Of a stretch of 64,000 bases of DNA, positions 34,574 through 46,217 are shown one piece after another. The stretch is taken from assembly GCA_034226945.1 (NCBI GenBank), contig CP120455.1, forward strand, positions 124,001-188,000. The letters run 5' to 3'. The DNA comes from Picochlorum sp. SENEW3. Lineage: Eukaryota. The notes under the pieces are model-generated. The model was not told the DNA's origin, made no database searches, and saw only the letters and a list, made by a program, of their open reading frames with translations. Made by a program: the position numbers and the translations under genes. How positions within the stretch are numbered: the stretch's first letter is position 1; each line of letters starts with the position of its first letter.

Positions 34574-36325
34574 ATGGCTGCATGGTTGGATCGAGTACGG
34601 GAAAGGGCTCTACGTGTGTCTGATATCAGGGAGCAATCTCAGCACCAACAGCAGAGTGCTCTGCCCAATTTGGCAAAGGTGTTGGGTGTCTGGCAGCTTA
34701 CGTTTCTAGGGTTAGGCTCCATCATTGGCGCTGGAATATATGTACTTGTGGGATTTACCGCTCATGATGTTGCTGGGCCCGGTGTCATTCTGTCCTACGT
34801 GATTGCTGGGATTGCAGCGATGATTTCAGCATTGTGTTACGCCGAGTACTCTGTAGGGTTTCCAGTGGCTGGGGGGGCTTTCGCGTACACAAGCTCCACG
34901 TTCGGTGAGCTCATAGCTTGGACATGTGGTTGGAGTATGTCTCTGCAGACAACGTTGAGTTCGTCCGCAGTATCGCGAGGTTTCTCGTCCTATTTGTCAA
35001 TTCTCTGGATTGGTGGGGTTGCACGAAGTGGCCCTGCTCAAGAGACCCTGACCATTCCACTCGGACCGGTCACTCTCGACCCCATCGCTTTCGTATTGAT
35101 TATTATTTTGACAATCATTCTCAGCATAGGTATACGAGAAAGTGCGAGGTTCAACATGGTCGTGTGTTTGGTGAACATCAGCTGCATCATATTTGTAATC
35201 TGCTCAGGACTCCCTGTGATTGATTTTAGGAATTTGGACCCCTTCCTCCCTTTCGGAGTCAAGGGAGTATTTTCGGCATCCAGTATTGTTTTCTTCTCAT
35301 TCATAGGATTTGATTATATTGCCAACGCAGCAGAAGAAGCCAAAAATCCATCTAGAGACTTGCCACTGAGCATCATTGGCTCCCTTAGTGTGGCATCACT
35401 GCTGTACGTGCTTATGAGCGTCACCATGGTGACGCTTCAAAAGTACACCGATATTGATATTCGTTCTCCATTTTCATCTGCGTTTGTGTCGCATGGAAAT
35501 ACGGTGACTGCATATATTGTATCCTGTGGAGCCTTGTGTGGGATTGTCACCAGCACCATGACAGGACTTCTGTCTCAGACGAGGCTATTGACCGTCCTTG
35601 GTAGACAGAGATTTCTACCACCAATCCTATCGCACGTATATCACAAGACAAGCACACCGTTGGTGGCTACTTGGGTAACTGGCATCATCTCAGGTTTCCT
35701 AGCATTGAGCATTGATATTGCAGTTCTTGCAGAAGCAGTGAGCGCAGGGTGTCTCTATGTGTTTTTTCTTGTTAATTTAGGGGTTCTGGTGAGAAACACA
35801 TGCATTCACCCTCATAAACGTACAAAGGAAGTGGAAGGATCACTGTCAAAGCAAATCCAACTGATTACATATGCATGTGTCTCCTGGATATGCATTTCTT
35901 CAGCTTTGTTGAGCATATCATTCACCTTGGACATGAATACCCTTCTTTTGATAGGAATTGCGCTATCTTGGGTGGCATCGGTCACGATCCTGCACTTACA
36001 TTGCAGTAAAAAGCATGCACATGACCCTGCAGAGTCACCATCCTCCACAAGTGGTATCGCCAGAAAAGGGGACTTCAAAGTACCATTGTTTCCGTGGACC
36101 CCTGCATTTGGTGTACTTTCAACAACACATTTGTTGTGTAGCTTAAGCTGGGTAACGCTGGTCCAGTTTCTAATCTACATGCTTCTGGGAGTGATTCTGT
36201 ATATTGTGTTTGGATCTCATCGCATTGAGCAGTTTGAGAAGCATTCTCAAACTTCTTCTGTTTCAGGAGTTGAATTACATTCACTGTTACCTCATCGAGC
36301 GCACCCAGAATCGTCACATTCCTAA
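34574..36325 (+). CDS. Cationic amino acid transporter (APC family, CAT)
   Basis: GLGSIIGAGIYV, AGPGV, ALCYAE, FFSFIGFD..AEEAKNPSRDLP, FKVPLFPW and many TM helices. Confidence 0.92.
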   Translation: MAAWLDRVRERALRVSDIREQSQHQQQSALPNLAKVLGVWQLTFLGLGSIIGAGIYVLVGFTAHDVAGPGVILSYVIAGIAAMISALCYAEYSVGFPVAGGAFAYTSSTFGELIAWTCGWSMSLQTTLSSSAVSRGFSSYLSILWIGGVARSGPAQETLTIPLGPVTLDPIAFVLIIILTIILSIGIRESARFNMVVCLVNISCIIFVICSGLPVIDFRNLDPFLPFGVKGVFSASSIVFFSFIGFDYIANAAEEAKNPSRDLPLSIIGSLSVASLLYVLMSVTMVTLQKYTDIDIRSPFSSAFVSHGNTVTAYIVSCGALCGIVTSTMTGLLSQTRLLTVLGRQRFLPPILSHVYHKTSTPLVATWVTGIISGFLALSIDIAVLAEAVSAGCLYVFFLVNLGVLVRNTCIHPHKRTKEVEGSLSKQIQLITYACVSWICISSALLSISFTLDMNTLLLIGIALSWVASVTILHLHCSKKHAHDPAESPSSTSGIARKGDFKVPLFPWTPAFGVLSTTHLLCSLSWVTLVQFLIYMLLGVILYIVFGSHRIEQFEKHSQTSSVSGVELHSLLPHRAHPESSHS

Positions 36326-36481
36326 GTGATGAATAGACAATGCATGAGACATCCATGCTCTCTGCATGGGCACATCTCGGGCGATGACGATGACTGACTT
36401 CTTCTCTCACGTAGATGACCACACTTATAATTATATTAATAATAATAAAGTTAATTTTCGTTCAATAATCGATACTCAATA

Positions 36482-36868
36482 ATGGTACGAGCACTCACCA
36501 ACCTGAAGAAGCAGAAGAATTCTGGAAACGCGGACGAACAAGCTGTCGCGAAAAAGGTCTCAAAGAAGAGAGAACGAGTACCAAAAATAAATACGGTTGA
36601 TACTATGAGCGATGCAAGCCTCGATACCTCTGATGAGGAGTTCTCAGGAGTGGAACTGGAGACACCACGCAGGAGCTCGAGAAACAGGCTCCCATCCTCC
36701 AAGTACTGCAAAGCAGACTTTGTTCTCTCATCGTCATCAAGCCAAGAAAACGAAGAGGAGGAAAATAGCCCAGGGACTCCGGAGGATGCCTTGATTCCCG
36801 CCTTTGGCCGCAGGCAATGCCCTGCACAGGCTGACAAGGTGGCCCAACCGTCCAATGCATCTGCATGA
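36482..36868 (+). CDS. Small hypothetical disordered, basic/acidic (possibly nuclear) protein
   Basis: ATG ORF with NLS-like KKVSKKRER and TP/SP sites; TGTAA at 36961 before the next gene. No family recognised. Confidence 0.5.
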   Translation: MVRALTNLKKQKNSGNADEQAVAKKVSKKRERVPKINTVDTMSDASLDTSDEEFSGVELETPRRSSRNRLPSSKYCKADFVLSSSSSQENEEEENSPGTPEDALIPAFGRRQCPAQADKVAQPSNASA

Positions 36869-36983
36869 ACTCGTGCATGATGGTCCAATCTGGACAGTCA
36901 GAATCCTGCATACGCTGCGCACATGTGGTCGTGCAGATACTACTATATTATTATTATATGTGTAATAATAATTTCATCGCATC

Positions 36984-38021
36984 ATGGTTGCACTTGAAAT
37001 TCTGAACTTGGACACCAGCGCGTCTTTGCTCGAGTCGCAGAAGAGCACGGATCTGGTCGTCGCTGTGATCTATGCAGCAATCTCGGATGCCTGTTATTCT
37101 AGAAAATTATTATCATCCGACTATTTCCAGGACCTTTGGATCCAAGGGGACGTGTCTCCTTCCAAGGTTGTTCGTCTGGACCATGACCGTGACGCTCCGG
37201 AACTGGTTCGCGACCTCAAAGCATGGCACGAGGCAATCAAAGCCGCAATATCACATGGATATGTTCAGAGAATAACGTTTGGGTTCACATCGGATGCCTC
37301 GATCAAAACAGTGCTGGAAGAGTATGTGTTTGATGTACAGTACACCAATTCATGCAACAGGCATCCATACTCTGCTAATGTGCCTCAAGCCAAGTCAGTC
37401 AGGGCTCAAACAGCAGAGATATTGAGATCCACTGGATTTCTTCTCGAAACAATGGACGATGCTCCCAAAGAGGGCCCGCTATACGCGTTTATGAAGATGT
37501 ATCACAGCTCGTCCAGTCCAACAAACTTCAAGCCCAAGGGATTTGCTCCAGCAGGACCGACACGAGTATCGTATTTCAGTACGATTCCCTTTCAAATGAA
37601 ACTTGGGGTGCTGAATACAAACCATCATCAGATTACGATGGGTATTTGCTCTGTTCTAGACAGCATTGATGTGCAACGTGGCCACATCCACCAAACAGGA
37701 GATGACTTGTCCATGCCAACATCGCATGCGACATCAACAGATAGAAACCAGAACATTACCATCTCAAATTCGCATCCAGTCGCAGGGGCCACGACAAAAG
37801 CTCGACCAAGAGAGCCCATGATGATGCCATCTGATGCACCTCAGGATAATCTCTATTGGAGGACTCCAGACAGCGTGAGGAAAAGAATGGAAAGGGCTAG
37901 CATGCAAGGTGTACCTCATCATAAGAGGATGAAATCATCTGCAAGCGTTGAGTCTTCTGGAACTCTGAGAAGAGGAAGGAGAGGTGGCAGATTGGCTGGC
38001 ATGCAGAAGCTGTTGCAATAA
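36984..38021 (+). CDS. HORMA-domain protein (HOP1/ASY1/HORMAD-like)
   Basis: AAISDACYSR..F, W..AIKAAISHGYV, EEYVFDVQY and MKMYH...PTNFKPKGF match the Hop1-type HORMA pattern (MKL.Y..TP.DY.PPGF). Confidence 0.75.
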   Translation: MVALEILNLDTSASLLESQKSTDLVVAVIYAAISDACYSRKLLSSDYFQDLWIQGDVSPSKVVRLDHDRDAPELVRDLKAWHEAIKAAISHGYVQRITFGFTSDASIKTVLEEYVFDVQYTNSCNRHPYSANVPQAKSVRAQTAEILRSTGFLLETMDDAPKEGPLYAFMKMYHSSSSPTNFKPKGFAPAGPTRVSYFSTIPFQMKLGVLNTNHHQITMGICSVLDSIDVQRGHIHQTGDDLSMPTSHATSTDRNQNITISNSHPVAGATTKARPREPMMMPSDAPQDNLYWRTPDSVRKRMERASMQGVPHHKRMKSSASVESSGTLRRGRRGGRLAGMQKLLQ

Positions 38022-38149
38022 TCTCGCCCATCTTTGCAGTCTGCAGGGGTTCTTCATTCCTGAACATGTAACAGATTAATATTAAATAGTATATATATAC
38101 ACCATCAGTCGTGGGATCGACCATACGAGTTGAGCTTTAGAGAGTGCCC

Positions 38150-39350
38150 ATGGAAGTCAACTCTTGGAACAAAGGAGACGTGCGATGTGCCCATAGAAGA
38201 AAGGTTTGTCAGTACCATATATTGCATATCAATAGATGGATGATATGAATGCATCATGCCTCGTCTGACCCTGCTATGCAGATTTTTTGTTTGGATTGGA
38301 ATTGTTCTGGGTCGTGCCTGGCAACAGGTTCCCAAGATCAGTCCATTAAATTATGGAAATTAGGTTCAAAAGACACATCAGTACGTTTGTGTATCGTTTG
38401 ACGCATCGATAGAGTCGACTGTGACAACCTTTTTGACTTGGTGCAGTTGTTTCTCGAAACGGATCTACGAGGACACACGGATTCCGTCATGTATCTTCGC
38501 TGGCATCCAAAAGATGAACAACGGTTGGTATCGACCTCGGGACAGGAGCAGAATATTCGCTTTTGGGATGCCAGGGCATCCAAGAATACTGCAACTCTGA
38601 GCACCCCAGGAAATAACTTGTACATTGCATGGAATCATGATGGCAACTATGTTGCCGTCGGCAACAGACAAGACGGTACGCGGTTTTTAATGCTTATTAC
38701 GTCTCCCTTTCTAATAATAAACCAACGACACGTATTTTTGATAAAATCTACTACTGGATTGATTGATCATCATGGTGCATGCAGTCATCTGTACTGTTGA
38801 TGTGAGGAAGATGAGCATCATCAACAAGGCTACATACAAGTACCAAGTGAACGAACTGGCATTTCTTCGAGAGTCAAAATATCTGTTACAAGGAACAGCA
38901 AATAACGCTTCCCTTGAAATCCTAAACTTCCCAGACATGCAGCCAGAGACATCCCTCATTGGGCATACCGCCTCTGTCCTATCTGTGGCCGTCGACCCTC
39001 AGGAGAAGTATATTGCGACGGGAGGAGCAGACGCAATCACCACACTATGGGATGCAGAGGACTTCCGGTGCATCCACGCGTACTACCATATGGAGAATCC
39101 AATTAGAGCCATTGCCTTTAGCCATGATTCAAAGTACATGTCCATGACAGGGGAGGACCCATGCGTGTACGTCGAGGACGTTGAATTGCAACAATCACTT
39201 GGTGTGATTGAATTGCAAAAATCAGCGGCAGAAGAGTCGTGCTGGAACCCAAAGAAGCACATTCTGACGTACCCAGTAGAGTACCAGGACCATTTCAATA
39301 TTGAATTGCGCGTACCCACACCACAATTAATTGTGTGTGAAGAAGGATAG
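38150..39350 (+). CDS. THOC3: THO complex subunit 3 / TEX1 WD40 protein (exons 38150-38203, 38282-38380, 38447-38675, 38785-39350)
   Basis: Spliced product has HRRK|IFCLDWNCSGSCLATGSQDQ, LRGHTDSV..WHP, IRFWDAR, GHTA..DP..YIATGGADA..LWD. Confidence 0.85.
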
Positions 39351-40022
39351 AATAAACCAAGATGTCTTTGATGAAGAAGTGATACGGAATTCGACGCGAG
39401 CTGAGAAGGATTTGGTGGCGGAGGAGGTGAGGCATGGGCGCATCACTGTATCACTTTCTTCCCATCCAGCTGCCGCAAGATTGCCTACGAGCCAATCCTG
39501 CCTCGTTATATGGGTTGTTCAATTGTATGGCATCTACTATACATGACAGTCTCTTTGTCAGAGAGATTGCTGAAGAAACAGGGCTTCCCGTGTTTGGGTC
39601 CCAAACTTTGGGAATGAGTTGACAGTGGGCGGTATTACTTCCGCCCACTGCAGAAAGGCGAGTAAATTGGTGAAGTAAAATACATATACTGTATACCAAT
39701 GTGCGGAAAACATCCGAATATCTGCCGAATTGAAACAGGCAATCAATAGTCCTTAATAAGTAATTAAACAAGCAACAAATTTCCGAAACAAACATTTCCT
39801 AATGTTCCTATTAAGGAAATCCATTGTCCGAACCGCATACGATTCTTGAAATTTGACGTGATATTTTCGTGATCTATTGACCCTAAAGGTCGGAGGGTGT
39901 TCATATGAGTGTACAGTGCGACGCGCAGGCATTAAAACAGGCCGTCTGCCACTTTTATCGATCATTTTGGTCCAGAACTGTGGTGGCCGAGATCCGTCCG
40001 TGTGCAATGGGGTAGTGGTACC

Positions 40023-40106
40023 ATCTTGCAATATTGCAATTAATTGCAATCTAGCCTAGATTCTAATCTAGTAGAGATCTTGCAATTAATTGCAATATTG
40101 CAAGAT
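40023..40106. repeat. Perfect 27-bp inverted repeat with 30-bp spacer
   Basis: atcttgcaatattgcaattaattgcaa (40023-40049) / ttgcaattaattgcaatattgcaagat (40080-40106). Confidence 0.92.
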
Positions 40107-40223
40107 TCTTGACCAATTGATCAAGATCCATCATGACCATGATGGGTTTTCTCTCTCTCAGGGATTCATGAATGATTCACCTCAAGCGTATATTATAACA
40201 GAAAACATTTAATAATAATAATA

Positions 40224-41145
40224 ATGGGCGGCGATGGTAGTATTGAATCCCTAACAGGGTCATTCCTGGGCCCTTTACAACATCTTTCGGGAAATGGTTC
40301 GGCGGACGACAAGAGCCTGGCAGCCCTGTCCATTGCCCTCATGTTGAATGAGGGTACCTTACCAGAGGATTTAGAAACTAGCAATGCGATCCATGATGCA
40401 TTGTATGCAGCCATGGAGGAAGACGACAGCATTCAGGTACGGCTTTGCCGCTCGACACAGCCTACTCAGACGCGCATACTCAAATAGATCATTTTGATTG
40501 CAGATCAATGCACTGATGGCGATACGAGGGCTTACAATCTCGTCTCCAATCTTTCCCCAGGCAACGTCACACGAGCAGGTTCGATACCTCAGGACACTCA
40601 CAACAGACCAACGTGACAATCGCATCACTGCGAGTGCCATGGCAGCTCTTTGTGGGTATGCTCGACTGGAGGAGGAAGTCTATAGGCCAGTCATTCAGGG
40701 ACTGTATGATGAAGACATCCTTGAACATGCCTTATCTCTAGAATCCAGTTCCGAGGATGCATCTATTCAAGTGGCCTCCATGGACTGTGTGGCTGCTCTC
40801 GTGGTAAATTCACTCATCAATTTCAAACCTCGAGCTTTAGAAGCTAATACGACGCAGAAGTTGGCGGATTCCTTGGCAAAATACGCAGGGAGAAAAGGGT
40901 ATGAGGAGGTGCAAGTGTATCGTCTGCTGACACTTGGAGTGCTGATTGGTGGTGATGAGAAGGGGCAAGAGTACATGGCATCTTCTACGTCGTCAATCAA
41001 ATGCCTCATGGGGTATATGCGGATACATGATGATGCCGATGTCCAGATTCTTGCGTCAGATATCTTTAAGGTTTTGAGTTCAAAGCCACACCTCAAGGAG
41101 CAATTGTCTCAATCCATGAGGAAGGTACACGAGTCAGCATCATGA
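40224..41145 (+). CDS. ARM/HEAT-like helical hypothetical protein (intron 40437-40503)
   Basis: In-frame splice CAG|gtacgg...ttgcag|ATC; repeated helical 'SIQ.A.MA/VQILA' units. Confidence 0.65.
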
Positions 41146-41382
41146 TGCTGTCCATGCCCATGTATATAATATGTTGATGTTGATGTTGATCAAAACCCAG
41201 AGTATACCCGAGGTCTCTCTGCCAGGGGGGCGCCTTGTTTCTCCTCTGCAATCAGGCGCCCCCGTCGTCCAGATGAAACGGTTACACGAATGATGCGACT
41301 GACCACGGTCGCCTCATTGTCAATTTTAATTACCCATAGTTACTTCTGTGTTCAATATTTTTAACAAATACGTGACTTTAGG

Positions 41383-44300
41383 ATGTTACGAGAGCAGCGA
41401 GGCTCTACTCCGTTGTCTGCAAAGGCCAACGGTTTGTCCGGAGTTGACATGACTCGACCGGAGACGACAAAGAATGGTGGTGTCAAGGATGAAAATATGA
41501 CACCAAATCACTGTCAAAATGATGTTCAGATCAAAGCGTGGCAGGGAAGGCGCCAATCGAGTATTCCAAGTCCTCCGAACGCTGAAGCGGTTGCTGTGAC
41601 TCCCAAGCACGGAGTGGACGAGGTACGTGGTAGCCTGCGTATTATGTGTATGTATATCGAAAGATTCATTATTGCGGGGCATGTTGCAGGTCCCTGTGTC
41701 AAGCGAGCGTGTGAGCACTCTCCAAGCTATCAAGAATCAGTTGCAAGGACGGTTGGACCACGAGCGTCAGAGGCAGATCGATGCCGTCAAGGAGCTCGAG
41801 TTTCTTGGGGGAGAGCAAGGTGAACGTTGTGCAAACTTGAGGGATGAAGTGAGTTCAAGGGGAACCAAGATCATGGTCCTGAGTCAAAAGCTTACGAGAG
41901 CACAGCACACATTGGGAAGCTTACAGAGGGCGACTGATGACTATGAGGCCTCGGCGAAGAAAGTAAAGGATGCAGAACAGGTCCTAGAGAAACGCCAAAA
42001 GAATGCGGCGTCAATGAGCCTGTCGCTGAAAGAGTCCAGATCAATCAGGCATGAATTAGATGCTGCAACTGCCATGATGTCAGCTGCGTGCCAGAGGGTG
42101 GAGCAAATCGAATCTATTACGGATTCACTCATCTCTCAACTCTCTAAAACTGAGAATGAGCTGGCAGATTTGCAGCACTTGCGTGATACGGAGCTTGTGA
42201 AGCATTCTGCAGAGATTGAAAAGCTTGCTCATGAGAGGGATTGCCTGGCGCTGCAATTGTCTGCGTCCGACTCGGCCTCCCATGAATTGAGGCAAAAGGA
42301 AAAGGAATTGAATGCAAAATTGGCTGATGCCAAGGCGACCGCGAAAAAGCTGGCCGAGGAACTTGACAAGGCTGATAGAGAAAAGGCAGAGAAGGAGGCT
42401 GCGTTGACATCAAAGGCCAATCGGCTGGAGAGGTCTTTGCGAGAGGTTGAAGAATCAAAGATGAGTCTTGAGAAAGAGTTGGAGGTCAAGCAACATGATC
42501 TGCAGGCTGCAAAGAAGGTTGCTGCCGAAGGAACACCAAAGAGTAAGGGGGCAAAACAGGTTCTCCCAATGGCCCTGAAAAAATTAAAGGGGGCTCAAGA
42601 GGAGCTCACATCTGTTCGTGATGAGCGAGAGAAAGCGTTAAAAGATCTCGAATATGCCCAGCAGCTGGCCGCTGCGCGCGAGGAGACCCTTCAGGAGCAT
42701 ATGAAGGCAAAGACAGAGACAGAGGCCAAGATACAGGAACAGCAGGGTGCACTTGAGAGTATGATGAAGGCGGCAGCTTCTGCTGCGAATGACGCCGCTT
42801 TAAAGCAAGAGGAAATTAACAAGCTTCGTATAGAGATTGCGTCGGTGCAAGAATCGAAGCAAGACATTTTGGACGAGATGACAGAGTCCAAGGAGCAATG
42901 CGAAGAGTTGTCTGCAAAGCTGGCCATGGCAACTGCACAGCAGTCTGCGGCGACCAACAGAATCGTGCAGCTCAAAGAAGAGTACAATAAAGCCCAAGCA
43001 CTCACTCTTGAGAAGGAGATTCTGACGAAGACGCAATTAGAAGATTATGCAAAACAAGCTGATGCCTCTCGCACAAAGGTGGCATCTCTAGAGGATGAAT
43101 ATGCAACGCTCTTGCAGTCCAAGCATGCATTAGAGGCCTCTATCGGGGCAAAAGATGCTTCTCTTGCGGCAATGAAAGCCGAGATGGCGGCTTACAAAGA
43201 TACTGCTAAGAAGATTAGGGTATCATTGCAAAATGACCTTGAGATCTCTGAGAACAAGGTAGCCTCTGCCAATGCCAAGGTATCCGGAGCTGAGGCGGAA
43301 TTGAATCAGGTCTTGAGCCAAGTTTCTGAGATATCGGATCAGATCAGGTCCATGGAGGAGTCAAAGACTGAAATCTCCGTCTTGCTTCAGGCAAAGGAGG
43401 TTGAGATCAATACTCTGTCAACACAATATGGAGAAACTGTTCGAGATCTGAAACAAGTGATCAAACAGAAAGATGCCGCTATCGAGGCGTTGGAGCACGA
43501 GTCTCTGACGCAAAAAGATAAAATAGCAGCATTATCGCAAGAAATGGAAAGTTTGAGGGCGGCGCATGAAGCAAGTAGAGTCCAGTCAGAGAAGACTATT
43601 GCAGACCTATCCGCACTGCTTGACCAAGCCAAAGAGGCTGAAAAGACATTGCAAGAAAAGTACTTGGCCTTGGAGCAACGAAGCACATCTCAGATTTCAA
43701 AAGCATCTGAGGAAATCGAAAGCCTCACAGTACAATTGACGGAGGCAATCAAGATCAAGGAATCTCTGGAGCAAGCCTTGCAAAAGGAAAAGGAGACCCA
43801 TTCCGATGAATCCAAAAAGCTTTTGGACCACTGCGAAAATTTGGAGCGATCCAATGAGCGCCTGATGGAATCAATCCAGAACCTAGGAGAGCAGTTGATC
43901 CTTAAAGACGAGGACTTGAGTGCTGCCAAACTTGAGGGCACTCCAAAGGGTGAGGCTGCCAAAGAAATCTTGAAGAGAACATTGTCAAGGGTACAGGAAC
44001 TTCAGGATACCGTGGCTGCCTTGGAGTCTCAATGCGGCGATCAAAGTATGAAAATCAGTGCATTGAGAGAGGAAAATGAAAAAATTCCTGGTCTAGAGGC
44101 CACTGCGTGCAACTTGGAATCGAAGCTGAAAATTGCATCAGACGAAAGTGCTGCAACGTCTGTGAAGCTGCAACAATCCGAGGACAAGCTATCACATATG
44201 CATGATGAACTTCAAGTGGCTTCCGACAAGTTATTGGCAGAGGTGAAATCAAAGAATAGCATCAAGGAAGAATTTGAGGAGAAGGTTCGCAATCTTGAGG

Positions 44301-46083
44301 ACGAAATTGCCAGGGAAAAGGATGTTTCGCAGAATTTGAGGATGGCAAAGACAGAAGGAGAGCAACAAATCAAATCTCTCCGAGCTCAACTGAAAGAGAC
44401 CAAAGATGTTCTCATGAATATGAAGAAAAATGAAGAGACAAGTTCCGAAACGTTACAGCTGACCTTTTTGAAGGTGAAGGAGCTTGAGGAAGTCATTGAA
44501 GACCAGAGCCATGAGGTGGAGTGCCTGAACAGCAAACTGGAGTACTCTATCGAATCTGAAAGCAAACTGAGATTCCAGATCAAAGAAATCGAGATCAAGC
44601 ATACTGCAGATATTGAGTCACTGAACCAGACAATATCATCACAGGAGAAGAACATCTCTCGCCTCAGGCTTGAATTGCTGGACGAAGTTTCTGCATCGAA
44701 CAAGCTCAAAGCAAATCTTGAGGCAAGCGAATCTCAAATCGCAACCCTCGAAGAACAAAATCGTCATCTTGATAGCACTGTTGTATCCATGAAGAGCGAG
44801 ATGAAAAGTTTTGAGGCTCAACTGACTGAGAAGCAAGAAGCACTGGAGAGTATCCTTGCAGCAAAGGATTCAATCACCGCAGAAATGACCAGTAAGATTG
44901 AAACAGCTTTGAGAGAGAAAGATGTCGCATATAATCAGGTTGAAGAAATGTCTAAGAAGATGCGCGAAGCAAAGGAAAGCCTTCAGCTGGTAACATCACA
45001 GGCAAAGGCTTACGAACGGTCTTCATCTGCAAAGGAGAGGACAATTTCGGAACAAAAGGATCTCATCACAAACCTCGAGAAAAATTCGTACACGTTGAGT
45101 GAAGAACTGAAAAAGATGAAGACAGAAGTAGATCAGAAGGATGCGAAACTGAAGCAGCTCGGACAGGCAAAAATGAAGGCAGAGATTGAGTTGGAAGAAG
45201 ATATTGCTGTACGTTTTGTATTTTGTCTTGTATGTGGTCCACACAGCGAAAGACCTGACAATGATTTCTATCTTTCATGCAGTTGTTGAAACAAGAAATT
45301 GCGATTCAACAGGAGAGATCGCAGCAGAAGAACTTGGCAGAAGCAGCAGCTGAGAAATCAGCTCAGCTCTTGCAGCAAACGCAGGCACGTACACATGTAG
45401 GGGCAGGTGTATTGGTTATAACGCACATGGTGTATCTCTTGATTGGAATATTTTCAGTTTTGGCGACAGGCCTTGTTGGTCTTTATGACCGGATTGAGGC
45501 GTGAATTTTCCCATTTCATGCATGTAATAAGAACTAACATCCTCATCATCTCTCTGCTGTGCAGATTCGTCTTGCAGCAACAGAGAAGACGGTGAACCAA
45601 CTCAACGAGGAGAACTCGTCCCTCGAACAAAAGCTCACACTCAAATCAAACCATGTCCTCGAGCTTTGCCAGCAGGTTCATGCCAAGGCGCAAGCTGCAC
45701 ATGTCCTGGAAGCCGAATTTGCAAGGAAACAGGCAGAAATGAAAAAGGCTCTCTCATCTGCCCAGTGGCTGGCAACTGTCACAAAGGCACGATACGAAAG
45801 TGAGATCCAGCATTTGACCGAAAAGGTGGAGTTGCTAGAGAAAAGATGCATGCATGTGGAAGCATTGGAACGGCAGAATGCTGAACTGTGTGCACTGATG
45901 AGGGAGAGGAAGCCATCTCCACAGCCAATTCAATCCCACCCAATGCAAGATGTCGAGACTATCTCATCACCTCCATCGAAGGGAATGAATAGAACAACAG
46001 TTGCAGCCATTAGCGTCGCTGGGGTTGCTGTCATCGCTGCTGCACAAGCAGCAGCCCGTTCATGTGGAAGCTCCACCCGTTGA
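41383..46083 (+). CDS. Very long coiled-coil protein with a C-terminal hydrophobic anchor (introns 41623-41689, 45209-45282, GC-AG 45385-45564)
   Basis: More than 1200 aa rich in E/K/Q/L heptads; frame-preserving splice sites; tail TTVAAISVAGVAVIAAAQAA. Confidence 0.8.
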
Positions 46084-46217
46084 TTCCTTGTCAAAGGGTG
46101 GTTGGGGATCCCAATCCTATTCATGCGTATGCCCTCGTCCATCACCGATGGAATATTATTTAAAAGATATTAGTAGTCATCATGAATTCTGTAAGTAGGA
46201 GGAATACCGTGGTTGAC

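Noticed and set aside
36326..36397. GTGATGA...CTGA C/D-box snoRNA-like pattern
   Set aside because: It abuts the CAT stop codon in the 3' UTR; no recognisable rRNA antisense element or convincing C'/D' boxes.
39880..39887. ACCCTAAA, a possible telomerase RNA template
   Set aside because: Only ~1.1 telomere repeats, and I see no USE/TATA pair like that of U6 at a suitable distance.
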